Source of the DNA: a virus
Lineage: Duplodnaviria > Caudoviricetes
IMG/VR virus record: IMGVR_UViG_3300022407_002666
Location: 1-44,698 of that record
DNA: 44,698 bases
Reading direction: 5' to 3' (one strand)
Positions 33,230 to 41,812 of this stretch are shown piece by piece (the stretch's first letter is position 1; each line of letters opens with the position of its first letter). The notes below the pieces were generated by a model that had not been told where the DNA came from, ran no database searches, and was given only the letters and a program-made list of their open reading frames with translations. Position numbers and translations under genes: made by a program.

Positions 33230-33858
33230 GCCCGGGCGACGAGTTGGGAGGCGACGAAGGCGTGCTCGGTCTGGCTCGCGTTGGCCGAGCTTGCCGCGGC
33301 CAGATCCGCCAGGGCGGTGGCCCGCTGACGCATGGCGTCGCCGAGCTTGAGGCCCTCGTTGCCCTTGACGATCGGGCCCGCCAGGTAGGCCCCGAGCAGG
33401 TAGCCCAGGGCGGCGCTAAAGCTCGGAGTGAACCGGGTGGTGTCGGTGATGTCGCGCACGTAGATCAGCACCGCGTCGGGCTCGTTGCTGTAGAGCACCT
33501 CCCCCTCGATCTCGAAGGTGGCGGAGTCCTGGTCGTTGGGGCTGTACTCGCGGTTGTCCTGGGTGAACACCGTGAGGGTGGAGCCGGGGCGCAGGACGCG
33601 CTTGGCGCTCATGCAATCGGCCGGCTTGGCGTAGGCGTAGGCCCAGGTGGTGCTGACGTTGGCAACCTGCGCCAGGGCGGCGCGTTGCAGCGCGAAGGCC
33701 CAGTTGCCGGGCTCGAGCATTTCAGTGCGGGCCTGGTCGTAGAAGGTGGCGCAGTGGCCGGCCTCGACGCTGCCATCCGGCGGGCTGATGCTGGCGACGC
33801 GCCCTTCTGAGCCGATGTGGCTCAGGGCCATGTTGCAGATTTGGACGACTGAGGCCAT
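33226..33858 (-). CDS. Tail tubular protein A / adaptor (T7 gp11-like)
   Basis: MASVVQICNMALSHIG...WAFA...YAKPADC; immediately upstream of the nozzle gene. Confidence 0.85.
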   Translation of the reverse strand: MASVVQICNMALSHIGSEGRVASISPPDGSVEAGHCATFYDQARTEMLEPGNWAFALQRAALAQVANVSTTWAYAYAKPADCMSAKRVLRPGSTLTVFTQDNREYSPNDQDSATFEIEGEVLYSNEPDAVLIYVRDITDTTRFTPSFSAALGYLLGAYLAGPIVKGNEGLKLGDAMRQRATALADLAAASSANASQTEHAFVASQLVARA

Positions 33859-33878
33859 GGGGTTCTCCGGTGCGGGTC

Positions 33879-33910
33879 AGTGTAGGGGCCGCGCTGTGCG
33901 ACACGGACAC
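33879..33910 (-). promoter_or_regulatory. Late promoter (tail/ejection operon)
   Basis: GTGTCCGTGTC-N15-TACACT. Confidence 0.75.
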
Positions 33911-33911
33911 G

Positions 33912-34766
33912 TCAGCGGCGGCGCAGCATCACCGTGCCGCCCCCGGTGGCGGTCAAGGTGCCGGTGTACTCGGAACCGGTGGGGCCGTACTGCACGCCCA
34001 AGGTGACCTGGCCCGGCAGCGGCCACACCACGCCGACCTTCGTCAGGTCTACGGGTGAGGCGGTGATCGAGTAGCTGCCTGGCAGCAGGTTGAGTCTGCG
34101 CGCGGTGCGCACATCGACGGGGGTGGCCGTGAGGTCGTAACCGCCGGGGGTGGTGAGCACGACGCGCGTAGCGAGGGTCTGGCCGTTGCTGCCGGTGAGC
34201 ACGAACGCGCCTGGGCTGACGGAGACGACCCGCCCTGCGCCCAGGGTAGCGTTGCTGCCGGTCAGGGTAAACGCCGCCGGTGTGATGGTGACAACGCGCG
34301 CGGCGGCCAGGGTGGCGCTGCTGCCGGTTAAGCTGTAGCTGCCCGGCGTGATCAGCAGATCGTAGGCCGCCAACGCGACAACGTAGGTGAGGTCGACGTT
34401 GGCCCCGGTGTAGGCGTAGCTGCCGGGGGTGATTAAGACCGTGCGGCCTGCGGCCAGGGTGACCGCCGTACTGGTCAGCGCGTAGCTCGCGGGGTTGACC
34501 GTTGTGATGCGCGTGGTGCGGGTGATCGCGGCGCTGGCGGTCAGTGCGTAGGTGGCAGGGGTAATCGTGGCCAAGCGCGCTGCAAGCAGCGTGGCGTTGC
34601 TGCCACTGAGCGCAAACGAGCTGGGCGTGATGTCGAGGTTGTAGGCGGCTCCACCCCCGCCCCCGGTGTTGATCAGCTCGGTGTCAAACCAGCCAGGCGG
34701 CTGCAGCTCGGCGTCAAACCACGCGTCTGGCCGCAGCTCTCCGTCAAACCAGCCTAGAAACGCCAC
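33912..34766 (-). CDS. Repeat-built virion fibre/whisker protein
   Basis: About nine 22-aa repeats (ITPxSYxLTGSxATLxAxR) and three N-terminal WFDxEL repeats. Confidence 0.65.
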   Translation of the reverse strand: MAFLGWFDGELRPDAWFDAELQPPGWFDTELINTGGGGGAAYNLDITPSSFALSGSNATLLAARLATITPATYALTASAAITRTTRITTVNPASYALTSTAVTLAAGRTVLITPGSYAYTGANVDLTYVVALAAYDLLITPGSYSLTGSSATLAAARVVTITPAAFTLTGSNATLGAGRVVSVSPGAFVLTGSNGQTLATRVVLTTPGGYDLTATPVDVRTARRLNLLPGSYSITASPVDLTKVGVVWPLPGQVTLGVQYGPTGSEYTGTLTATGGGTVMLRRR

Positions 34767-34769
34767 GGG

Positions 34770-34934
34770 TTACCCCGGAGCGGTAAAACTGGTGCCGTCG
34801 TACGTCCAGCCGATGTTTTCCTGGCCCAGTTGTTCCGACAAGGTGCACTCAGGGTAGTAGTCCTTCACGTCGTCAAACGAGTGCACGCTCACGCAGACCT
34901 CGACCACTCCATTTTTGACGCCCACGACCACCAT
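34770..34934 (-). CDS. Small fibre-associated protein (54 aa)
   Basis: MVVVGVKNGVV...IGWTYDGTSFTAPG; this C-terminal motif is commonly seen in small fibre-adjacent proteins. Confidence 0.55.
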   Translation of the reverse strand: MVVVGVKNGVVEVCVSVHSFDDVKDYYPECTLSEQLGQENIGWTYDGTSFTAPG

Positions 34935-34935
34935 G

Positions 34936-36123
34936 TTATTTCTCCATGATCTGCAAGGAACCGGCAATAAACGTGGCCGCCGTCGAGCTGGTCAGCATGT
35001 TGTGCAAAATGCAGCTGCCATTAAAGATGCGGATGCCAGGCGAGCCCGGCACTTTGGGCACCGAGACGTTGGCTATGGTGGTGCCAATCGTCAGGATGTC
35101 GCGGGTAATCATCAGGCTGATGGACCCGGTCAGCATGGAGGTGCCGAGGGTGATGCCCTGAATTGAGCGCACGCCCTTGTCGCCGGCCTGCAAGTTAAAC
35201 CACACAAGGGTGCCGATCACTGGCGTGGGCGGCACTTGCGAGCCCACAATAGCGGTCAAGGTAGCGGTGCGCCCGGCGGTGCCGGCGCTGTTGGTGTAAT
35301 TGACGGTGAGGTTGGCGCCGGCGGCGGCCAAGGTGGAGGCCGCGGTGAACAGCAGGGCAATCATGCAGCCCTCGCCATTGGTGGTGCCGTTGGCGTCGCG
35401 CGCTGGCAGCGTGGGCGAGGCAATGGTCTGGGCGGTGGTGGTGGTGACCACCAGGCCAGAGTTGACCCACAGCACATCAAAAAAGTCGTGCGTGTGGTTG
35501 ACGCTGGAGGCCAGATCGAGGGCGGTAATAAAGTTGGCGCCTGAGACTGGGTTGGGGATGACCAGGCAGCCGTTGTCAGCCACGGTGGTGCCGTCGGTGA
35601 CGCGACCGTTGACGCCCGGCGTACCCGGCGCCCACGCGCCTGGGAATCCCGCATCCTTGCTGGAGCAGTACCAGTAACCGACACCGTCCGATGCCGTGGT
35701 CGACTTCATGAACTGCGCGGTGCGGCCGTTGTAGTTGCCCAGGCCAGCCGGCGGGTACTCCGCGCCTTGGGCGTCGCGGTGGACCCAGGAGCCGTCTTCG
35801 CGGTAGCCCATGTTCTCACCCGGCAGCAGCACAAACTGCATCAGCTCGACGGTGTTGGTGCCGTCGGTGTGGCTGACGGCCACGTTGCAGGAGGTGCCCA
35901 GGCTGTTGTTGGTGACGTAGATGGCCTTGACGTTGCGCTGAGTCGATGCCGCTGGGCTGCCGACGATGGTGGTCGTGGTGGCGGTGCTGACCAACGTGTT
36001 GGTGCGGGCAGGCGTGATGGTGCTGCCGCTGACATCCACGTAGCTGGTGTGCACCTCGATGGTGGAGGTGGCCGTGCCCGTCGTCAGCTGGACCAGGTCG
36101 GCGGTGGAGGTGAGCAGCAGCAT
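34936..36123 (-). CDS. Beta-rich virion accessory protein (395 aa)
   Basis: Start MLLLTSTADLVQLTTG (ATG 36123); Thr/Gly-rich, beta-strand-like. Confidence 0.65.
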   Translation of the reverse strand: MLLLTSTADLVQLTTGTATSTIEVHTSYVDVSGSTITPARTNTLVSTATTTTIVGSPAASTQRNVKAIYVTNNSLGTSCNVAVSHTDGTNTVELMQFVLLPGENMGYREDGSWVHRDAQGAEYPPAGLGNYNGRTAQFMKSTTASDGVGYWYCSSKDAGFPGAWAPGTPGVNGRVTDGTTVADNGCLVIPNPVSGANFITALDLASSVNHTHDFFDVLWVNSGLVVTTTTAQTIASPTLPARDANGTTNGEGCMIALLFTAASTLAAAGANLTVNYTNSAGTAGRTATLTAIVGSQVPPTPVIGTLVWFNLQAGDKGVRSIQGITLGTSMLTGSISLMITRDILTIGTTIANVSVPKVPGSPGIRIFNGSCILHNMLTSSTAATFIAGSLQIMEK

Positions 36124-36124
36124 G

Positions 36125-36568
36125 TTAGGCCAACGTGAACATGGTGCCGGGGCTGGCGTTGTTGAACTTGACGGTGAAGGTCTCCGTGTCGCCCAAGGTG
36201 ATGCTGGCGGCGTAGTCAAAGTAGGCGATCAGCGCGTCGGCCGGGCTGGTGGCGGTGTCGTTGTAGAGCACGGCGTAGCGGAACGGGCCGATGCCGCCGA
36301 CGGTGGCCGTGAACACCACCTGCGTGCCGGTCAGGGTGGTGGTGCCGGTGGTCTCGCTGATGGCCACGGTGGTGGCGGTACCGCCGGCGGTGTAGCCGTT
36401 CGCGGCGGCCGGCGCGGCGTGGTTGGTGACGGTGTCGAGGCTGACCTGGGTGGCCACCGGGGCGGTGTTGGTGAGCGCGATCTTGAAGGTGTGGGCATCG
36501 AAGTCGTGCACCCCACGGATCAACTGCTCTGAAAAGTCTTGGAATTTATTCCACGAAGAGGTTGCCAT
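36125..36568 (-). CDS. Conserved virion accessory protein (fibre base-like)
   Basis: KFQDFSEQL..GVHDFDAHTFKIALTNTAP...NGYTAGG...GPFRYAVLYNDT...LIAYFDY. Confidence 0.7.
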   Translation of the reverse strand: MATSSWNKFQDFSEQLIRGVHDFDAHTFKIALTNTAPVATQVSLDTVTNHAAPAAANGYTAGGTATTVAISETTGTTTLTGTQVVFTATVGGIGPFRYAVLYNDTATSPADALIAYFDYAASITLGDTETFTVKFNNASPGTMFTLA

Positions 36569-36577
36569 GGTCGACTT

Positions 36578-36937
36578 TCAGAAGACGGACTTGCGGCCTG
36601 CGAGCACCACCTTCAACGCGGTGGTGCCGTCGCCGCCAAAGACGCGGGGCTTGATGTAAATGGGCAGCTCGACGATCGCCTTTAAGGCGCCGCTGGTGAG
36701 CGTGAGCGCGCCGCCCGAGGTGTCGGTCAGTGCGTGGTAGGTTTCGCCATCGTTGCTGCCGCCGATGGTGACGGAGGCACCGCCGAAGACGCCGGCGATC
36801 TGGATGGCGCGGTCAGAGTAGACGGCGAGCCGTACGGGCTCGCCATCGTCGTCTGCCGCCAAGGTATCCCAGGTCGTCACCGCCACGTCGAGCGAGGTCT
36901 CGATCGGGAAGGTGGTGACCGGGGCGACCGTTGCCAT
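36578..36937 (-). CDS. Hypothetical structural protein (119 aa)
   Basis: Q..GVFGGASVTIGGSNDG jelly-roll-like pattern; located in the head gene cluster. Confidence 0.65.
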   Translation of the reverse strand: MATVAPVTTFPIETSLDVAVTTWDTLAADDDGEPVRLAVYSDRAIQIAGVFGGASVTIGGSNDGETYHALTDTSGGALTLTSGALKAIVELPIYIKPRVFGGDGTTALKVVLAGRKSVF

Positions 36938-36946
36938 GCCTGCCGA

Positions 36947-37180
36947 TCAGGCGAGGGAACCCTCGTGGACGTCGGTGAAGCTCTTGGCATCACTTCGGCC
37001 CATCTCGGACAACGCCTTGGGTTCGGGCTTGGCGCTTGGCTTGACCTTGGCCGCTTTGGCCTCGGTCGAAGCCACGGGCGCGAACCACGAGCCTTTCAAT
37101 CCTTGTGGGATCTCGAGCTCGTCGCCCACGCGCACGCGCCGCCCGTTGTAGAACGCTGGCTTGATAGCAACGATCTTCAC
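36947..37180 (-). CDS. Hypothetical protein (77 aa)
   Basis: AIKPAFYNGRRVRVGDELEI...WF followed by a K/P-rich tail; typical of small post-capsid genes. Confidence 0.65.
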   Translation of the reverse strand: MKIVAIKPAFYNGRRVRVGDELEIPQGLKGSWFAPVASTEAKAAKVKPSAKPEPKALSEMGRSDAKSFTDVHEGSLA

Positions 37181-37190
37181 GGGCTAGGCC

Positions 37191-37637
37191 TTAGAGCTGG
37201 AACGGTGCGTCGTAGGCTTTCCAGCGGGCGACGTCGTCGACCAGGAAGGCGTTAACCTTGCCGGCCGTGAACGCGGCCGTGCCGGTCACCTGCTGGATAC
37301 CGATGTAGCGCTCGTAGGCGGTGCCCTCCATGGGCAGCTGCACGGCCATCAAGGTCTTGCCGGCCGTCATGCTGGCCACGGGCCAGGCAACGGAGGAGAC
37401 CAGCACGGTCGGTGAGGACAGGGAGGCGTTGTCGTCGGTGACCAGGTTGAACTGGCCGGTGGCCGAGCCGCCCGAGGTGGCTGCCGTGTCGACGCTGACC
37501 ACCAGGTACAGGGCCATGTCGCCACCGAGGTCACGGGCCACGCCCAGGTCGACCACGTCACCGAGCAGGTAGGAGCCGGCAGCGCCGGTGTTGAGGGCAG
37601 TGGCGTCGCAGAATTCGCCGCGTTCGTCGAGAATCAT
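37191..37637 (-). CDS. Capsid cement/decoration protein (BPP-1 Bbp16-like)
   Basis: MILD....F, VVDLG..RDLG, YERYIG, FTAGKVNAFLV; follows the major capsid gene. Confidence 0.8.
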   Translation of the reverse strand: MILDERGEFCDATALNTGAAGSYLLGDVVDLGVARDLGGDMALYLVVSVDTAATSGGSATGQFNLVTDDNASLSSPTVLVSSVAWPVASMTAGKTLMAVQLPMEGTAYERYIGIQQVTGTAAFTAGKVNAFLVDDVARWKAYDAPFQL

Positions 37638-37662
37638 GATGGTTCCTTTCGGTGTGTAAGGG

Positions 37663-38658
37663 TTAGACCACGCGGGTCTCGGTGTTGATCAACGCGTCGG
37701 TGCGGCGCACGGGGATGTCGTCGAACGTCATCACGCGTTTGCCTTCCACGGTTTCCCAGGTCAGGTTGGTGGAGACCTTCTCGAGGATGCCCAGGCGCAG
37801 CTTCTCGCGCAGCGTGCGGTTCATGTAGAAACACGCCCGGCCCTTGCCCAGCTGGGGGATGCGCTCGCTGGCCTGGATCATCCAGGTGATCAGGTTCTTG
37901 GTGTTGGCCAGCGTGGTCAGCTCGGACACGTCGATGTTGGCGATGCGCACGAAGTAGCGCCAGTCGCGGATCGCCAGGCCGGTGTCCATGCGGTAGTGGG
38001 TGCGGTAGCCTTCCATGCGACCGTTGGAGCCGTCGACGTTCTCGATCGTCACCTGGCCCTTGTCGGTCATCTGCAGACCGCCCATCGAGCCCTTCGGGTA
38101 GATGCCGAAGCCCGTCTGTGGACCCCACACGCACAACCAGATCGAGGTTAGGTCACCGCCGGAGCCGCTGAAGGCGTCGACGATGTTGTCGGCGTTCTGG
38201 GCGGACAGCGAGTTGTAGCGCGGGGCCAAGCCGGTGAAGGCTTCAGGCTCGGTGCCCTCGTTGCCGTAGAACAGCGTGGAGGCGTGCTCCTGGGCCATGC
38301 CCTCGATGTGGGCCGCGTCTTCGCTCAGGCGGAAGGCAGCGGTGTTGCTGTTGAGGTCGGCCAGGGCCTTGTCCACTTCAGCGTAGGCTTCCAGCATGCC
38401 GCAGGAATCGGTGACCTGTGCGGTCGTCGATTTCGTGGGCTGCACGCCACCGTAGAGCTTGCGCCAGGTGGGGGTGGGCAGACCGGTGCGGACCGTGGTC
38501 TTGTGACCGGTCGGCAGGTTGCCTTCGACAAACGACATGTCCTGCAGGACTTCGTTCTGGGCGGCCAGCAATTCGACAATCGAGTCGATCTTGCCGTTGG
38601 GGTCCAGACGCTTGGAGACGTCGAGGAGCGTGGGGTTGGTTGCGCTGAGGGTTGCCAT
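37663..38658 (-). CDS. Major capsid protein (BPP-1 Bbp17-like, HK97 fold)
   Basis: NPTLLDVSKRLDP, EGNLPTGHKTTVRTGLP, FTGLAPRY, DWRYFVRIANID, IPVRRTDALINTE. Confidence 0.92.
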   Translation of the reverse strand: MATLSATNPTLLDVSKRLDPNGKIDSIVELLAAQNEVLQDMSFVEGNLPTGHKTTVRTGLPTPTWRKLYGGVQPTKSTTAQVTDSCGMLEAYAEVDKALADLNSNTAAFRLSEDAAHIEGMAQEHASTLFYGNEGTEPEAFTGLAPRYNSLSAQNADNIVDAFSGSGGDLTSIWLCVWGPQTGFGIYPKGSMGGLQMTDKGQVTIENVDGSNGRMEGYRTHYRMDTGLAIRDWRYFVRIANIDVSELTTLANTKNLITWMIQASERIPQLGKGRACFYMNRTLREKLRLGILEKVSTNLTWETVEGKRVMTFDDIPVRRTDALINTETRVV

Positions 38659-38668
38659 GGTTAACCTT

Positions 38669-39253
38669 TCAATTCATGTTAGGGAACATTTTCTTGGCCA
38701 TGTCGGTCTCGGGTCCTTTCGGGCTCCCAGACACGAAACGGTCGCCACTGATGGCCATGCCGGCTTTGTAGAAGGCTTTGATCACGGCAGGGTGATTGCC
38801 GAATCCCGTCGCGTTCAACACGTCCTTCAGTTCAGGGGTGCCAAACGTCTCGATCGCCTTCCGTGCAACTGCCAGGTTCTCCGCGAGCTTGTCGCCACCG
38901 ATCTCTTTGTCGGCCTTGACCTGCTCGACCCAGGACTCCACCAGCTGGACATGCGCTTCGGCTTGACGTTGGGCCATCTTGGCGCCGACATCTGCAACCT
39001 TCTGCGCGTCTGCCTGGTTGAGCTTGAGCTCCTTGGCAATCGCGGTGAACTCATCCGCTGCGGTCTTATCGAGCGCAACGCCTTCGGGCATCGTGAACTC
39101 GTAGCTGTCGGGGGCCGTTGCCGCGGGGGCGGGGGTCTCCGGTGCTGGCGCGTCCGTCGTTGCCGTCGTGGGGTCCACGGCACTTACATCAGTTGTCTTC
39201 GGTTCCCCAGCGTCGTTGGTAGGTGTGCTGGTTGCCGCATCAATATCACTCAT
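38669..39253 (-). CDS. Scaffolding protein (Bbp18-like)
   Basis: APDSYEFTMPEG...AKELKLNQ..AQ, TGFGNHPAVIKAF; upstream of the major capsid gene. Confidence 0.78.
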   Translation of the reverse strand: MSDIDAATSTPTNDAGEPKTTDVSAVDPTTATTDAPAPETPAPAATAPDSYEFTMPEGVALDKTAADEFTAIAKELKLNQADAQKVADVGAKMAQRQAEAHVQLVESWVEQVKADKEIGGDKLAENLAVARKAIETFGTPELKDVLNATGFGNHPAVIKAFYKAGMAISGDRFVSGSPKGPETDMAKKMFPNMN

Positions 39254-39557
39254 CTTTGGCCTGGTATTCTTTCAAGAGCTTGAAATACCCGTCGGGGGCG
39301 GCCTGCAGAATCTCTGCGGTAAGGAACAGCCCGAGGTGGCGCTTGCCTTCGTTGAACGCCATCAGAGATCCTGAATGGTTGAACGAGGTGCGGTTAACTC
39401 CGGCTTCCTCCAGCAGACGACTGACAATCCGTCGCCCTTGGGGGTGGGCCATCAACCATTTGACATCCTCCTGCTCCTTGCGCCTGAGTTCGCGTGCCAC
39501 CAGCTCATCGCTTTCGGCATCACGTTCTTGGCTCTTCAGATCGGTGGGGTCTCGCAT
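39246..39557 (-). CDS. Bbp19-like head assembly protein
   Basis: DVKWLMAHPQGRRIVSRLL...AFNEGKRHLGL. Start moved to ATG 39557 because the promoter -10 overlaps ATG 39575. Confidence 0.78.
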   Translation of the reverse strand: MRDPTDLKSQERDAESDELVARELRRKEQEDVKWLMAHPQGRRIVSRLLEEAGVNRTSFNHSGSLMAFNEGKRHLGLFLTAEILQAAPDGYFKLLKEYQAKDE

Positions 39558-39573
39558 GGTTAACTTGGGGGGC

Positions 39574-39605
39574 ATCGTAGGGGCTGCTCAGCCGATCACG
39601 GACAC
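39574..39605 (-). promoter_or_regulatory. Late promoter (head operon)
   Basis: GTGTCCGTGAT-N15-TACGAT. Confidence 0.7.
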
Positions 39606-39607
39606 GC

Positions 39608-39859
39608 TCAGGCCATGCCGGGGTAGAGGATCGCGGCCATGCCGCCCTCTTTCATCTCGTGGGTGAGCTCGAGCTCTTCGAGCTCCAGTTCCACCGAGCC
39701 GTCGGGACCGACACTCAGCACCGTGGCGTCAGCCTCCAGGCAGAACTCGGTGCCGGCGGGCGGCGGGCTCACGTAGCCGAGCGCCTGCAGGGTTGCGGCG
39801 TCCAGGCGGATGCGGGGCTGGGGTGCCTCGGGGGTGTCGGGGTACAGCATTGATGGCAT
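39608..39859 (-). CDS. Small head-associated protein (83 aa)
   Basis: IRLDAATLQALG...PPAGTEF...AAILYPG; between the portal and Bbp19-like genes. Confidence 0.6.
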   Translation of the reverse strand: MPSMLYPDTPEAPQPRIRLDAATLQALGYVSPPPAGTEFCLEADATVLSVGPDGSVELELEELELTHEMKEGGMAAILYPGMA

Positions 39860-39860
39860 G

Positions 39861-41552
39861 TCAGGCTCCTACGGCAGAGGGGGACGGGGTGCCGTAGCCC
39901 ATCAGGCCGTTCATCACGTCCTGCACGCCCTGGGTGTTGATGTCGCCGGCGGTCTTGGCACTCTCCACCAGCTGCGGCATGGCGGCGGCGGTCTGCGCGG
40001 CCTGGGCTGCCTGCGCGCGCTGGGCGCGGATCTGCGCCACCACGTTGTCGGGCACCACGATCTTGGGGTTGACCCCGTACATGTCGCCGTAGTCGTCGAC
40101 CACCTGGTCGAAGTCGATCTTGTCGAGCACCTCGGGCTTGAGCTGCGCCAGGTTGCCAACGGTGCCGAGCAGCCGGTCGACGCCTTGGGCGGCCACCGCG
40201 CGCTGTGCCTGGGCCAGCACCGAGATGAACTCGACCTTGAGCTCCATGCCCTCGAGCTCGGGCGGGGCCTGGGGCAGGATGTTGGCGCGGTTGGCGTAGT
40301 CGAACGCGATGTCGATCATCGGGGAGAGCAGCTCGTTCTGCAGGCGCTCGAGCACGGGTCCGAGCATCAGCAGCTTCTCTTCGTGGCGCTCGGCCACCTC
40401 GGTGGCGGTGATGCCACTGCGGGTGTCGTTGGCCAGCATCATAAATAAGTCAGCGTAGTAGCTCGAGCGGATGCGCTCGCGCACGTCCTGGATGTCGAGC
40501 ATCAGGTGCTGCAGGTTCAGGTTGACGTCGAACGCGGTGCGCACCACCTGCGTGTTGGTCTGGCTGTCGACGTAGAACACGCCGCCCGGCAGGCGCGCCT
40601 TGGCGGCCTCCTTGTACTTGGTCGGCACGGTGATCGGGGGGTTGACCTGGTAGTCGATCGCCTGCCCCTTGCGCAGCTGCTGGTGCTGCAGCTGCTTCAC
40701 ATCCCCTAAGCACTCCATGCCGGGGCTGGTGCCGTAGATGTCGTTGCCGGTGACCACCCAGCGGGGAGTGAGCGCGGGGAAGTTGTCGAACCCCGACTCG
40801 CTCAGGTAGCGCTCGATGTTCTCGCGCCCGGGCTCGATGTAGCAGCTCGAGAAGCGCTTGTTCTTGCCGTCCATCTTGCCGTACTCACGGTCCAGGCGCG
40901 GCTCGATCATGTGCACCACGTCGACCCAGCTGTCGAGCTGGCGGCGGTTGTACATGCCTTTGACCGTGTCGCTGCAGTTGTCCAGCCCGAACTGCCCCAC
41001 CAGCTGCGCGACCGTCATCTGGAACTCGCGGCACAGGGTGTCGACCTCGCCCTTGTAGTTGGTGCCGAGTGCGTACTCGCCCACGGTGAGTGGGTAGTGG
41101 TGCAGCACGTTGTCGAAGTCGGGCAGCACGATGGTGGCGGCGGTGCCAAACAGGCCGAGCTCCTCGTAGAGCGTGTGCAGGCTGCGGTAGGTGTTGGAGC
41201 TGGAGAAGATGGCGCGCAGCAGGACCGCGCTGTCGTGCAGCCAGGCCTTGACGGCGCCCGACTCCATCAGGTCCTTGTCCTGGATCTCGAGACGGAACCA
41301 GGGCCGGGCGGGGCTGGTCATGCCCGACATCATGCCGGCGGCCAGGGTGCGGGCGCCGAACACGGCGGCGTTGTCGAGGATGTTGTTGGCGCGCTTGTCG
41401 CCGCGGTTGCGGTCGGTGACAAAGAAGCGGCCCGCGCGGGGCTGCTGGTAGTCGCTAATGTCGCGCCAGTGCGTGACCCAGCTCGAGCGCTCGCTCCACA
41501 GCTCCGCCTTGCGCGAGAGTATGCGCTGCCGTTTGTCGAGCGGGTTGTCCAT
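39861..41552 (-). CDS. Portal protein (T7 gp8 / Bbp21-like head-tail connector)
   Basis: LAAGMMSGMTSPARPWF, YGTSPGM, TATEVAERHEEKLLMLGPVLERL. Confidence 0.93.
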   Translation of the reverse strand: MDNPLDKRQRILSRKAELWSERSSWVTHWRDISDYQQPRAGRFFVTDRNRGDKRANNILDNAAVFGARTLAAGMMSGMTSPARPWFRLEIQDKDLMESGAVKAWLHDSAVLLRAIFSSSNTYRSLHTLYEELGLFGTAATIVLPDFDNVLHHYPLTVGEYALGTNYKGEVDTLCREFQMTVAQLVGQFGLDNCSDTVKGMYNRRQLDSWVDVVHMIEPRLDREYGKMDGKNKRFSSCYIEPGRENIERYLSESGFDNFPALTPRWVVTGNDIYGTSPGMECLGDVKQLQHQQLRKGQAIDYQVNPPITVPTKYKEAAKARLPGGVFYVDSQTNTQVVRTAFDVNLNLQHLMLDIQDVRERIRSSYYADLFMMLANDTRSGITATEVAERHEEKLLMLGPVLERLQNELLSPMIDIAFDYANRANILPQAPPELEGMELKVEFISVLAQAQRAVAAQGVDRLLGTVGNLAQLKPEVLDKIDFDQVVDDYGDMYGVNPKIVVPDNVVAQIRAQRAQAAQAAQTAAAMPQLVESAKTAGDINTQGVQDVMNGLMGYGTPSPSAVGA

Positions 41553-41746
41553 CAGCCGCCCAGCAGGCTGGTCTTGCCGGTCGGGGCGGCCATCACGCCA
41601 CTGGGGCCGGTCAGCAGCGAGCCTCCACCCATGGCGGAGGTGTTGCGGTTGCGCTTCATGGCGGCGCCAACGGCCATCTGGTCAGGTTGCTTGACGGCCT
41701 GGGGCGGTGGCGGCGGTGCGGGGATGGAAGGGCTGGATAGGCACAT
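41552..41746 (-). CDS. Small virion protein (T7 gp7.3-like)
   Basis: MCLSSPSIPAPPPPP...SLLTGPSG...KTSLLGG; directly upstream of the portal. Confidence 0.7.
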   Translation of the reverse strand: MCLSSPSIPAPPPPPQAVKQPDQMAVGAAMKRNRNTSAMGGGSLLTGPSGVMAAPTGKTSLLGG

Positions 41747-41772
41747 GCGGCGGGTCCTCAAGGGTTCGCGGC

Positions 41773-41804
41773 ATTGTGCAAGGCGCAGCGCGCGACACGG
41801 ACAC
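41773..41804 (-). promoter_or_regulatory. Late promoter (portal operon)
   Basis: GTGTCCGTGTC-N15-CACAAT. Confidence 0.7.
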
Positions 41805-41812
41805 CCGCCCCC

